IMG/VR virus record: IMGVR_UViG_2541047343_000006 | Coordinates: 62,001 to 126,000 of that record | Strand: one strand, 5' to 3' | DNA from: an uncultured virus (IMG/VR IMGVR_UViG_2541047343_000006) | Lineage: Duplodnaviria > Heunggongvirae > Uroviricota > Caudoviricetes | Length of the DNA stretch: 64,000 nucleotides | In this document: positions 1-10,199 of the stretch, piece by piece | How positions within the stretch are numbered: the stretch's first letter is position 1 | How the letters are laid out: each line of letters starts with the position of its first letter | Position numbers and translations under genes: made by a program | The notes under the pieces: generated by a model | Told to the model about the DNA's origin: nothing | Seen by the model: only the letters and a program-made list of their open reading frames with translations | Databases searched by the model: none

Positions 1-249
1 TAGTTTATATATTTCAAATATAGTATCATTTTCTTGGCTTAATAATATTCCTAACGCTTTTTTGAAATAATATTCTTGAATTATACTTCCTTCACTAGCA
101 ATTTTTGAATTATAAAAAATACTTTTTTTAGCTAAATTCATGTACTTTAATTTATCTTTATTATAGTACTTATCTATAAAACTGTAACACTTACTATTTA
201 TTGATAATGCTTCTGCCAAAAACGGTATTAAGTTAAGTTCTCGCTTCAT
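1..249 (-). CDS. Hypothetical protein, N-terminal part (runs off the window)
   Basis: My translation from ATG 249 after an AGAGAGG RBS: MKRELNLIPFLAEALSINSKCYSFIDKYY...EGSIIQEYYFKKALGILL; open to position 1. Confidence 0.75.
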   Translation of the reverse strand, partial: MKRELNLIPFLAEALSINSKCYSFIDKYYNKDKLKYMNLAKKSIFYNSKIASEGSIIQEYYFKKALGILLSQENDTIFEIYKL

Positions 250-290
250 AGAAACCTCTCTTCTTTAAAAAAACAAAATATTTTCATCAA

Positions 291-737
291 TTATACATCC
301 CTATCATGTTTATATTTTCTTATAGTAATTTCTTTTTTTTCTCTATCAAAGCTTATAATCACATATCTTTGTTCCTCTGGTTCTTTTTTCACACCTATAT
401 CTTTTATCCAAGAAGTAGGTATTGTGATTCGATTTGTAAATGATGATTTTTTTCCTTCTGAGTTTCTATATCCACTTGTATTATAAATCACCTTAGCTTT
501 TCTTTCTCTGTTCTCTTCTCTTGGTGTTATAAAATCATTTTTATATTTTCTTACAATAATTTCTTTTTTTTCTTTATCAAAACTTATAATTACATATCTT
601 TGTGCTTCTGGTTTTTCTTTAATACCCATAGCTATTATCCACAAATTAGGTATTGTAATTCGATTTGTTATTGTTGATTTTCCACTTAAATTATAAATTA
701 CCTTAGCTTTTCTCTCTCTGTCATCAAACCTTAACAT
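291..737 (-). CDS. Tandem-domain AbrB/SpoVT-like DNA-binding protein
   Basis: Two copies of RERKAKVIYN...TNRITIPxxWI..G.K..PE.QRYVIISFD.EKKEI..RKYK; paralog of 10628..10816. Confidence 0.65.
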   Translation of the reverse strand: MLRFDDRERKAKVIYNLSGKSTITNRITIPNLWIIAMGIKEKPEAQRYVIISFDKEKKEIIVRKYKNDFITPREENRERKAKVIYNTSGYRNSEGKKSSFTNRITIPTSWIKDIGVKKEPEEQRYVIISFDREKKEITIRKYKHDRDV

Positions 738-811
738 TACAAAATTCCTTTCAATTTTATATTCATATTCAATTTTAGTAAGTTATTTTTTTAAACAGCT
801 ACTTTATTGTA

Positions 812-1483
812 TTATAAAATACATAATTCCTTATGATCACTTCTCCAATATGGAGGTATTATTGGAAGTTCTTTCAGTGAATTTTCTTTAGCTATTGGTT
901 TTTCTAACTTCATATATTCCCTAAATGGTATAGGTCGCATTAGTTTTCCATCTTTAAATATAGAATAATTATCATCACAATCTAAAAACTCATATTTCAA
1001 AATTTCACCATAACCTTGTGAATTTTTCTTTCCTACAAAATTTATATTATTTTTAAGTAATTTTTTAATTTTCTCTTTATCTCCTCTGACATAAAATGTA
1101 ATTGTTTTATAACTTTTTAAATTAATTTGATTGTTATATGCTTTAAAATGTCCAGATGCAATACTTACTCGTGGCTTTCCTCTTTTTTTTTCTTTTACAA
1201 AATCAATATCTTTAGAGTTAAATTGTTTTGACCAAAATGATACAAATTCTTCATTATTTCCTATAGCTTTAGATGTACAATATACTCCCATATTTTTATC
1301 TAATACTAAATCTAATGATTTTTCTATTTCTTTTTTTGTTCCATACTTCTTTTTACCACTATAATACTTTTCTGAAAAACATTCTTTACAAATAGCTGCA
1401 CTAATTATACTATCTAAAATTATATCGTCTATAGCTGCAACAGGGGAACTCATATACATAATTACTTTAAAATTAGTAAACAA
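812..1483 (-). CDS. csf3: Type IV Cas5-like RAMP (Csf3)
   Basis: N-terminal SSPV..LDS, G-rich loop VGKKNSQGYG, RPIP and C-terminal PPYW; follows csf2. Confidence 0.8.
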   Translation of the reverse strand: MFTNFKVIMYMSSPVAAIDDIILDSIISAAICKECFSEKYYSGKKKYGTKKEIEKSLDLVLDKNMGVYCTSKAIGNNEEFVSFWSKQFNSKDIDFVKEKKRGKPRVSIASGHFKAYNNQINLKSYKTITFYVRGDKEKIKKLLKNNINFVGKKNSQGYGEILKYEFLDCDDNYSIFKDGKLMRPIPFREYMKLEKPIAKENSLKELPIIPPYWRSDHKELCIL

Positions 1484-1502
1484 ATATTTTCACCTCAATT
1501 CA

Positions 1503-2330
1503 TTATTTTAATTTACTTTCTATTACAGTAATCCAATTTAAAATTGATTCTTTATTTTCTTTTAGATAATCATAATATAATTTAGAAGATACCATATGTT
1601 CTTTATCGTATTCTATTTTAACTTCACCATACCCAATATTTGTCTTACCACCAATAAAAGGCTTTCTTTCAAACAACTCTAACATTGCAGTAACACAACT
1701 TTTTTCAATCTCATTCATATTTTCTAAATAAATATGTGATATAAGTTCTGAACCTGCACAAAGAGATTGCATTTCATATTTCATCTGTATTTTTTCATTA
1801 TTTTCACCAATAATTTCAATATTGCTATTTCCAGTCTTACTACTTTTTAATGAATCTGTTCTTACATGATATACCTCTTCTAACATTTCATAAAAAGACA
1901 TGTTACTTTCTATACCTGTATAATCAACTAATTCTTTACAAATAGGTTTAAATATTCCAATTTTTAGTTTTCCCTCATACATAGTATTACCAATAATAGT
2001 CCCTAATACAGAAACTGGTGGGCACATGTCTCTTGCATTCTTCATTTCTTCCATATCACAATATTCTTTACCACTAACTAATGAACCCCCAGAAAATAAA
2101 GAATGATATAATTTAGCTGTTATTTTTAGACTATCTACATTCTCTAAATAATCTTTCATTATTAATCGTCTTAGAATCCCTCTAAATGAATTTGCTGAAT
2201 AAACTGGTATATATATGTATTCATCATTGTATTTAAATTTAAGCATTCTTGTTATTTGCATATTTCCAATATTTTCATCATCAAAATGCATTAAACTAGA
2301 TAATAATTTCAGCTTTATATTAATTTTCAT
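1503..2330 (-). CDS. csf2: Type IV Cas7-like RAMP backbone (Csf2)
   Basis: IPVYSANSFRGILRR, LFSGGSL, PPVSVLG, GKLKIG and C-terminal IGGKTNIGYG G-loop. Confidence 0.85.
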   Translation of the reverse strand: MKINIKLKLLSSLMHFDDENIGNMQITRMLKFKYNDEYIYIPVYSANSFRGILRRLIMKDYLENVDSLKITAKLYHSLFSGGSLVSGKEYCDMEEMKNARDMCPPVSVLGTIIGNTMYEGKLKIGIFKPICKELVDYTGIESNMSFYEMLEEVYHVRTDSLKSSKTGNSNIEIIGENNEKIQMKYEMQSLCAGSELISHIYLENMNEIEKSCVTAMLELFERKPFIGGKTNIGYGEVKIEYDKEHMVSSKLYYDYLKENKESILNWITVIESKLK

Positions 2331-2718
2331 AAATTGTGTCTCCTTCTTTATCTTGATTTTCTTCTTTATCTTCTTTATGTTCTTTTTCTCTTTCTCTTTT
2401 CAGCCTCATTTCTAAAAATATTATCTGAGGTTGTTCCCTAAAAAGTTTTAATATCTCATATTTTGTTTCTTCATCCATATTAGAAATTTCATTTATCTTT
2501 GGAAGTGAAAGACTTTTTATTTGTAATTTAGAACACAATTTTTCTACAAATATTTCATATTTACTCGTTATCATTGATGAGCGTTTAATATTATTAATAA
2601 AATTTTCTGATATTTTTATATAATTTTTTTCATCCCAATTTATTCTTATCCATATTTCATTTATTGTTTCAACTGCTAATTCTTTTATATCATAGTAATT
2701 TTTTTTAGTCATTATCAT
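2320..2718 (-). CDS. Putative Cas11-like small subunit
   Basis: 132-aa helical protein that overlaps both csf1 and csf2, the position cas11 occupies in type IV-B. Confidence 0.6.
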   Translation of the reverse strand: MIMTKKNYYDIKELAVETINEIWIRINWDEKNYIKISENFINNIKRSSMITSKYEIFVEKLCSKLQIKSLSLPKINEISNMDEETKYEILKLFREQPQIIFLEMRLKREREKEHKEDKEENQDKEGDTIYEN

Positions 2719-3443
2719 TTCACCTTCTTATTTTTTATTGATTTATTATTTAACTTTTCTAGCTTTTTCTTCTCTTTTAAGTATTCTTTTTTCTTTGCAG
2801 AATCCATAATATATATTAATAGTTCAAATTGATATGTTCTTCTATATTTTTTAAATAGATTCTCATATTCATTAAACTTATTAATACCAAGTTGCTCTAT
2901 AAATAGTACACTATAATTACCAGTTCTTAACTCTTCTTTTGAAAAATGTAAATATGCTTCATTTAATTTTTGATACAAATATTTCATCTTATCAACATTA
3001 AATAAATATTCTTTATCTTCTTCTCTAATATAAAAATTGTTTATATCATAATTTACTCTACATCTAAAAGAATTATGTTTTTTAAAACTTCTTGTTACTC
3101 CAACTACAAATGGTGTTGATATAAATTCATTTAAATTAAACAAATAAGTTGCTAAATCATCCTTTTTAAGATAAATAATCTTTGACTCACAAGCTATAAA
3201 GTTGCTTTTCCTTAATCTTGCTTCTTTCATACAAAAAGAACATTCTTTACAAACAAATTTTGAATTTATATCTTTGCATACATCAAAATTTGTAAACTTT
3301 GCACCTATAATCTCATTTACGAGACAACCCTCATTTATATTAGAACCACAGACAAAACATTTTTCATTTATGTTCTTTATACATTCAATATCTGGTGAAC
3401 CGGCAGCCTTATATATTATTTCAGAATTTCTCACATTATTCAC
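2715..3443 (-). CDS. csf1: Type IV Cas8-like large subunit (Csf1)
   Basis: Zn finger CFVCG...FTNFD...CKECSFC and a KKH motif; first gene of the RAMP cassette. Confidence 0.75.
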   Translation of the reverse strand: MNNVRNSEIIYKAAGSPDIECIKNINEKCFVCGSNINEGCLVNEIIGAKFTNFDVCKDINSKFVCKECSFCMKEARLRKSNFIACESKIIYLKKDDLATYLFNLNEFISTPFVVGVTRSFKKHNSFRCRVNYDINNFYIREEDKEYLFNVDKMKYLYQKLNEAYLHFSKEELRTGNYSVLFIEQLGINKFNEYENLFKKYRRTYQFELLIYIMDSAKKKEYLKEKKKLEKLNNKSIKNKKVK

Positions 3444-3484
3444 TATCCAATCGTTAAATTTATTTAAACTGTAAAGATTCAGTA

Positions 3485-4057
3485 TTACTCTATTTCAATA
3501 AATCTAATATCATCATCAATTTTATATTGAGTTATTCCTTCGCCACAATCTAATTCTTCTATTTCCTCAACAAAATAATTTGCTCCAAGAGAGTTAAATT
3601 CGCCAACAAATATTCCTCTTTCTAATAATAAATTTATTGGATTTTCTATCTTGTTATTTGAGCATAATATATATTTAATGATATATTCGTTAGGTACAAC
3701 TCTATGGATAACATGATTAACCAGATATACATAATTACATTTATTTTCTTTTTTTATATCATTTACCCACTTATTAAAATCTTTAAAGAAATCTAAATTT
3801 ATATTAAATGGAAAATCAAAATTTTCTAGTTCATTCTCAACACAAGTCTCAATCTTAAATACATTATTTATTCCAAAATTTCTACCGACTAAACAATATT
3901 CTCCTTCACCTTCCCAATTTATATCCAATTCTTCCTCTAAACCTTCTTTTATTAAATACTCTTTCATTTTATTTATAAGTTCTTTTTCACTAGTTGCACT
4001 TACTAAACATTCGTAATTTTCTTTATTACATTTTTTTATAAATTCATATAAGTTCAT
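3485..4057 (-). CDS. Acidic hypothetical protein, probably first gene of the csf operon
   Basis: 190 aa with GGGGGA RBS; upstream TTGCCA-17-TATACT promoter-like sequence near 4097-4125. Confidence 0.7.
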   Translation of the reverse strand: MNLYEFIKKCNKENYECLVSATSEKELINKMKEYLIKEGLEEELDINWEGEGEYCLVGRNFGINNVFKIETCVENELENFDFPFNINLDFFKDFNKWVNDIKKENKCNYVYLVNHVIHRVVPNEYIIKYILCSNNKIENPINLLLERGIFVGEFNSLGANYFVEEIEELDCGEGITQYKIDDDIRFIEIE

Positions 4058-4308
4058 TTTTATTCCCCCTTAAATAATATCTTTCTTTATATTTATAGTA
4101 TAACATATACGTTACGATTTGGCAATGGTTTTATTGCAAAAATATTTAATTTAATTTTATATCTTTACTTACCTTTTATGTTAGGTATATTTTATACAAT
4201 TAATAAAGTTATTTTAAATAATAATCAAATTAGTATTGACAATACCATAAAAAATGTTATATATTTCTAATATAAGTTAGAAATATATAACAAAAGGAGA
4301 GTATAACA

Positions 4309-4737
4309 ATGAAAAAAACTATAAGTCGTAGAAAAAAAGAATTTCTTAGTGAGGGTATAATTGGCATACTATTAATTTTTTGTGGTTTATCAGAGGTATA
4401 TAAAAAAACACATAATATTTCAGCAAACTACAATAACAATACAATTTTTATAATTTTAGCTATAGTATTATGTCTACTATTATTAGCTAAAATTATTATA
4501 AATATTTTCTTTAAGGTAGAAAATGAAGATGAATTATCTGAATTAAATAAATTAAAAGGTAGAAGTGATACATTACTTATTGTTCAACTTCTATTAGTAA
4601 TTGGTCTTTTTATAACTAATTTCAAAAATACATTATCTATAAATATTGATTTAGTGGTATTAATACCATTTTTATGTGGTGGAGTTTGCCTATTTAATTT
4701 TTTATTTTTTATTCTTCATGAAAAAGTTGGTGAATAA
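4309..4737 (+). CDS. Membrane protein with 4 predicted helices
   Basis: Four hydrophobic segments, central EDEL motif, AAGGAG RBS. Confidence 0.75.
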   Translation: MKKTISRRKKEFLSEGIIGILLIFCGLSEVYKKTHNISANYNNNTIFIILAIVLCLLLLAKIIINIFFKVENEDELSELNKLKGRSDTLLIVQLLLVIGLFITNFKNTLSINIDLVVLIPFLCGGVCLFNFLFFILHEKVGE

Positions 4738-4738
4738 A

Positions 4739-4951
4739 TTGGCAGATTTTAAAACTAGAATACATGAATTAAGAAAAGAAAAAAATATATCACAAGCTGA
4801 ACTAGCATCTCTTGTTGGTGCAAGGCGTGAAACTATAAGTCAATTGGAAAATGGTCGTTATAATCCATCCTTAAAATTAGCCATGTTAATTTCTAGGGTA
4901 TTTGAAGTACCTATAGAGGAAATATTTACACTTATAGATATTAATGATTAA
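4739..4951 (+). CDS. XRE-family HTH regulator
   Basis: ISQAELASLVGARRETISQLENGRYNPSL; probable TTG start at 4739. Confidence 0.9.
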   Translation: MADFKTRIHELRKEKNISQAELASLVGARRETISQLENGRYNPSLKLAMLISRVFEVPIEEIFTLIDIND

Positions 4952-4962
4952 AAATAAACCTA

Positions 4963-5005
4963 ATATGGTCTAACTTATTTTCATGAGTTAGACCATATCT
5001 ATTTT
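4963..5005. terminator. Hairpin terminator between convergent genes
   Basis: ATATGGTCTAACT...AGTTAGACCATAT inverted repeat. Confidence 0.6.
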
Positions 5006-5287
5006 AATCTAATTATTATTACATTTTCCTTTACTATATTATAAGTCTTAATAAAATTTCCTAATTCATCTTTAATGTTAGCATTCACAAAACAATCATA
5101 ATTTTCCTCATTAATATAGTTTTAAAATTTTTTCATTTTATTCCCTCCTGCATATATTGATTTTTATTTGTTTTTTCAATTTTAAAACCTCTTAATTTAC
5201 CATCTTTTATAATGAAACAAAATCCCTCTTTTGCTAACATATCAGCATCTTCTAAACTTATATTATATATATCTTTTATATAGCGTA

Positions 5288-5785
5288 TCATATTGTCACC
5301 TCATTATCAAAATAAGTGACAACACAATTACTTAAATCAATTTTACTATCTAATGTTAAATACCAATCACCCATGCAAGAAGGATAAAAGTAATATTTAT
5401 TATCCTGTTTTATATAAACAATTGAACTTCCATCATTTAAAAATACTTTAATGTTTTCATTGTTATTTAACTTATTAATCACATATACATCCTTTGAGTG
5501 ACTTACATTGTTTGATAGCTCTTTGTAAGTTGCAACTGCGTTATCTAAATCTTTTTTATTTTTAAAGCTATAGTTCCAGTCACCCATACAAATTGGATAG
5601 AAATTATAAACTTGCTCTTTAGTATCATATAAAACTATACTTTCATCTTCTAAAACTTCAATAACTCTGTCTGTAGTTTCTACATAAAAATTATCTAATT
5701 CGGCAGCCTTAACTTTTGTTGCTCCTGCAACTCCAACAAGAATTAAACCCAATACTATTCCCATAACTATATTTTTAAATTTCAT
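5288..5785 (-). CDS. Secreted protein with an internal duplicated domain
   Basis: Signal peptide ending VKA; two copies of Y.FYP.CMGDW. Confidence 0.75.
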   Translation of the reverse strand: MKFKNIVMGIVLGLILVGVAGATKVKAAELDNFYVETTDRVIEVLEDESIVLYDTKEQVYNFYPICMGDWNYSFKNKKDLDNAVATYKELSNNVSHSKDVYVINKLNNNENIKVFLNDGSSIVYIKQDNKYYFYPSCMGDWYLTLDSKIDLSNCVVTYFDNEVTI

Positions 5786-6101
5786 TTTTACACCCTCCTA
5801 GTTTATGATTATGACCCTGTACAAGCCTCTATAGGCTGTTTGAAAATCATCTTAATGATTTATACCTTTTGATTTTTATAATCTTTAAAATCCTTTTATC
5901 AAATCACTATCATTATCATTTGAATTATAATAATATAGCTATAACAATAGCGATTTGATAACTCATATATCATATTAAAAATATAATTTTAAACTCTTTT
6001 ATTACTTCATGTCCTATATTAAAGATATGACACTCTTTTATATAAAATATAATCCTCATCTATATAAAATTCATTGTCATTAATTCATCGCCTACATACA
6101 T

Positions 6102-6686
6102 TTATTGCATACTTTTATATAGTTCTTTTAAATCTTCATTTTCATCTAATATTACTTTTAAAGGTTTCATAGTATAACAACTTTTATATTTATATTTGTT
6201 TTTATTGTAATTTTCATCAAATTTACTCATATATTCCTTATACTTGATAAACAAACTGTTTAATATATCTATATCTATCAATCCAGACTTACTAAGTTTA
6301 TTCATTCTCATACAACTATCTATCATACGAGCCAAAGACCAAGCCACTTCCGCAATTGCATCTTCTAACATTTGTTCATTAGATTTATAAGCATAAGAAC
6401 CTTCTTTGTATTTAGTATTATTCTTCACTATTTTATTAAGATTTGTCTCTATATCTAAACCCTTACTGTAGTACTCCATACATTTGTAATGTTTTTTTAT
6501 CTCTCTCGACAATGCTTTGTAAAATGTAACATTCAATTTCATTATTTTTTCTACACATGTTAATCCAACATGAAAAACTTCTCCTGTAACATTATTTTTT
6601 ATTGTAGCTATATTTTTTATAGTTCTTCCACAGTGGTCACAAGCTCCTTTACCTTTTGTATAATTTATCAAAATATACTCATTCAT
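6102..6686 (-). CDS. Hypothetical protein with N-terminal Zn-binding motif
   Basis: CDHCG...HVGLTC; GGAGG RBS. Confidence 0.7.
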   Translation of the reverse strand: MNEYILINYTKGKGACDHCGRTIKNIATIKNNVTGEVFHVGLTCVEKIMKLNVTFYKALSREIKKHYKCMEYYSKGLDIETNLNKIVKNNTKYKEGSYAYKSNEQMLEDAIAEVAWSLARMIDSCMRMNKLSKSGLIDIDILNSLFIKYKEYMSKFDENYNKNKYKYKSCYTMKPLKVILDENEDLKELYKSMQ

Positions 6687-6723
6687 GTTTAAACCTCCAA
6701 TTATATTAAAATCATTCTTTTAA

Positions 6724-7002
6724 TTACATTTCCATAAAGATAAAATTAATTATCAAAATCAAGTTATCTATATACTTTTCTATTTCTTTATATTTCAAGT
6801 CAAATATATCTGTATTATCAATTTTGTAACACAATTTATCTATTTGATATTCTGTAATTTCATCTATTTTATTCTTATATTTATATCCTGATAGTGCTTT
6901 TCTTAAATCTTTTATGTATCCTTTTAGTTCTCTTAAGCTGCTTGTTTCAAGTGATGTTTTAATACCTTTAGCCTTATTTATTAACATTTCAACCCCCTCC
7001 AA
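6724..7002 (-). CDS. Hypothetical phage protein
   Basis: ORF; the likely start is MLINK after GGAGGGG. Confidence 0.65.
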   Translation of the reverse strand: MEGVEMLINKAKGIKTSLETSSLRELKGYIKDLRKALSGYKYKNKIDEITEYQIDKLCYKIDNTDIFDLKYKEIEKYIDNLILIINFIFMEM

Positions 7003-7037
7003 TTATATTAAAATTAATATTTTAAGTACTTGTATTT

Positions 7038-7400
7038 TCATCTGTAATAACTCTTTATATAGTTTAATAGTTTTTCTTCTACATCTATATCAAAGACAGT
7101 TTTACACCCTACTATATTTTTTAAATCATTTAAAGTAAGCATTATTAAATGTGTATTATTCAAATCTAATCCATTTACAGTGTTTAAATTATATGTATCT
7201 AAATAATGAGATAAACCACAACCAAAACTATAATTTGCTAATCCATATTTATATCTAAATGGTGCTATATGCTCTACTCCTTTACACAACTTTAGTGTGA
7301 CATCCTCAATGTTATTATTATCTATTAAAAAAAATCTAGTTTTTATTGCTTTCATACTTCTTAAGCAATTACCTATGCAACCAATTAAATACTTATTCAT
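7038..7400 (-). CDS. Hypothetical phage protein
   Basis: ORF with GGAGGG RBS. Confidence 0.65.
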   Translation of the reverse strand: MNKYLIGCIGNCLRSMKAIKTRFFLIDNNNIEDVTLKLCKGVEHIAPFRYKYGLANYSFGCGLSHYLDTYNLNTVNGLDLNNTHLIMLTLNDLKNIVGCKTVFDIDVEEKLLNYIKSYYR

Positions 7401-7450
7401 TTTAAACCCTCCATTTATATTAAAAGTTGAATTTTATTTAGTTTATCTTA

Positions 7451-7798
7451 TCAATAATTTTGATTGATTGAATAATCTATAGTTCTTCTAAAACCATTTT
7501 GTGCTTTTAATCTATAAATTCTTTCAAAATCATTTTCTATATCTTCAAATATATTAATATATTTTATATACTTATAAATTATGTCAATAGAAACAATTTC
7601 ATAAAATAACTCATTTTCTATTATATATTTTACGCTATATAGATTATACTCTTTTACATTTTCAAAGAACATTTTAATTACATCCGACAAGTTATTGTCT
7701 TCTTTTATACGTTTTATCATTTTTATTCTTTGTGTATTTTTTTGTAGTGTATTCCCATCAAATTTTTTTGATGATTTTATTATACTCATTTCCAACAC
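7451..7798 (-). CDS. Hypothetical protein (paralog of 42417 and 45143)
   Basis: Shared motif YIIENELF(Y/F)E...LK..NGFRRT.DY. Confidence 0.75.
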   Translation of the reverse strand: MLEMSIIKSSKKFDGNTLQKNTQRIKMIKRIKEDNNLSDVIKMFFENVKEYNLYSVKYIIENELFYEIVSIDIIYKYIKYINIFEDIENDFERIYRLKAQNGFRRTIDYSINQNY

Positions 7799-7801
7799 CT
7801 C

Positions 7802-8560
7802 CTAATTATTCCAACTATAAACATCTTCCATGCTTTCTATACCGTCTATCATTGCATGAACCTCATTGAATTTAGCAATAGGTATATCTTCCCACTTTGT
7901 TACATCATATTTTGAAAATAATCTAGTAACCACAGTTCTATAAATATAACTGTCTGCATTAACATTATATCCTTTTAATTCTGATAGCTTTATTTTTAAT
8001 AATTTTGATAACATAGAAACATTTTTAGATTTTAACCCTATCATATCTTTCATTTCTTGGAATTGTTTATCTTGTTTCTCATATTTCATATCTAATTTAT
8101 TTTCTATTTGATTAAATCTAGCATCTATCTTTTTATCATTTTCTATTGATAATTGTTCAAATCCTGCTAACATACCATTTAACATTACTGGCATTAATAC
8201 GTCTTTTATGTTATCACGATTGATACTGAATGAACCATGTTTACGTATATTTGGTAATACCTCATCAGTAACCCAATCTTGAAATTTTTCTGCTTCCTTC
8301 TTTTTAGATTTAAATATTAATTTATATACTCCGCTTTCAGTTAGAAAGTTTTCTCCTCTATTATGTAATTTTCTAAAGTCGGTTAAACCGATTTTAGAAT
8401 TAGTTAACTTTACAACTTGTTTTTCGTTCATTTTAGATATACTATCATTTACATTCTTTATTCCTAAACATTCTGCCACATGTTTAGGATTAAATAAAAT
8501 CCTCCCATCAAGTTCAAATATTTCTACCTCTTTACCTTCAAATACCATTAAATTATTCAT
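7802..8560 (-). CDS. BRO-N domain antirepressor-like protein
   Basis: FLTESGVYKLIFKSKK.EAEKFQDWVTDEVLP.IRKHG. Confidence 0.85.
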   Translation of the reverse strand: MNNLMVFEGKEVEIFELDGRILFNPKHVAECLGIKNVNDSISKMNEKQVVKLTNSKIGLTDFRKLHNRGENFLTESGVYKLIFKSKKKEAEKFQDWVTDEVLPNIRKHGSFSINRDNIKDVLMPVMLNGMLAGFEQLSIENDKKIDARFNQIENKLDMKYEKQDKQFQEMKDMIGLKSKNVSMLSKLLKIKLSELKGYNVNADSYIYRTVVTRLFSKYDVTKWEDIPIAKFNEVHAMIDGIESMEDVYSWNN

Positions 8561-8602
8561 ATTTTTCCTCCTATAAATTAATTATTTTTTTACTTAGATT
8601 AT

Positions 8603-8839
8603 TTAAAATTCTTTATATTGAATTTTATTTTCATTATCTAAATACATCATATTATTAATATTTTGTATTAATTGCTGTCTCAATTCTTCTCCTTTTAAAG
8701 CCCAATCTAATCCGATTAAGTTTCCTAGTCTAGTACTTAAGGAATTATAAGTTCCTGCTTCTCCTATTGTTTCACCTTCTAAAATGTCACATATATTTAT
8801 TAAATCTGTTGCAGTCATATATTTAGAATAATTTATCAT
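8603..8839 (-). CDS. Hypothetical protein
   Basis: ORF with AGGAGG RBS. Confidence 0.6.
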   Translation of the reverse strand: MINYSKYMTATDLINICDILEGETIGEAGTYNSLSTRLGNLIGLDWALKGEELRQQLIQNINNMMYLDNENKIQYKEF

Positions 8840-8883
8840 TTTTAACCCTCCTAATATTTTACATCTATCTTAAGAATTGAATT

Positions 8884-9105
8884 TTATAAAACAATAGCTT
8901 TAGCTTCTGTTATTTCATTATTAAATTTTATATTTTCCAACCATACACCACTTGGTAGTTTTTCATCAAGTGACCACAGGTAACAATCAACATCATTATG
9001 ATATATTGTTGGGTTGAAATTTTCTATAAAAAGTATATCCTGCTTATTTAACTCTTTTGTTTTTATGTCCCATACTACATTTGATATTTTGCTATTTATT
9101 TTCAT
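8884..9105 (-). CDS. Hypothetical protein
   Basis: ORF with GGGGGA RBS. Confidence 0.55.
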   Translation of the reverse strand: MKINSKISNVVWDIKTKELNKQDILFIENFNPTIYHNDVDCYLWSLDEKLPSGVWLENIKFNNEITEAKAIVL

Positions 9106-9328
9106 TTTTAATAATCCCCCTTTATAATTTATTAGATTGTTTCAATAATTTTAATTGATTGCTGTTTCCACATTTTAAAATAATACTTTCTGTAGTACTC
9201 CAATAGCTACTATCTAAATCCTTTTTAAACAATGATTTTATCTTGATTATTAATTTTTTCATGATTTTTCCCCTTTCAATTTTTTTATTGGAAGTGGCGT
9301 TTTTAAAGAACGCCCTAAAACTTTTTAT

Positions 9329-10042
9329 TTAAGAAACTATAGCTAAATAATTTGATGCTATACAAATATTCTCATAACGTAAGTCAGTTCCATATAGCTC
9401 ATAATTAAAGTATCTTTCAAGTGTTTCTTGACCTAACTCTTCAATATCTCCTAATCGTTCAATATAATTCTCTGCAAATTCAATATCTGTCATATTTTCA
9501 TAATATTCTATATCTTCTTCGTATAAATTTTCAATAATCATATCTCTATCAAAACGTAAATCTCTTGAAAATGCTTCTATGTCAAAGTAGTAAGCAATAT
9601 TTTCTATACAAGATAAATCACCACAACATATTTCTTCTATGTAACTACGTCCTAAATTTTCATCATCCAATGGTGACCTGTCATCAAGTTGTATAAAAGT
9701 ATAATTACCTGATAATCTGCAAATATCCCCTTCAAGCATGTCATAAAAATCAATGTATCCACGTTCAAGTAAAGCCTTTAATTGTTCAATCTCATATTCT
9801 TCTAACTCTTCAAGCTCTTTTGCTAATTCATTCAGTTGCTCTATATTGCTATATTCACTTATTTCTAACCCTTCTATATCTGTTTCAAAATCAGTTATGA
9901 AATACTCCTTATATTATTCATTTATCCCTATTCTATTTAATATTTCTTGTAATTCTTCCTCGTTTACTGGAAATTCAGCCCATTCCCCTATTAATTCACC
10001 TTCGTTATATTTCCCTAAATTAGTTATGTATATATTTAACAT
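9329..10042 (-). pseudogene. ardA: ArdA antirestriction protein with an in-frame nonsense codon
   Basis: MLNIYITNLGKYNEGELIGEW...EYFITDFE...YFDIEAFSRDL...YFNYELYGTDL in one frame; TAA at 9914-9916 (codon 43). Confidence 0.85.
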
Positions 10043-10199
10043 TTTTATATCCTCCCTTTTATTTATTCGCTTATTTAATATGGTTAAAATGACGAGTTGT
10101 ATTTTATTATTATTCCTTCTTATGCTTTTCTTGATTTTATTATATTACACACTCGCCAAAATTACAATATGTTTTTGAAGATTTATTTTTAAAAAATTT

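Noticed and set aside
1..249. CysH/PAPS reductase expected after csf3
   Set aside because: No PP-loop motif in the visible 83 aa, so it is left as hypothetical.
9753..10178. 141-aa plus-strand ORF
   Set aside because: Antisense shadow of ardA, like the many Ser/Phe/Leu-rich antisense ORFs in the track (e.g. 1131, 3202, 31183, 47595, 56195).
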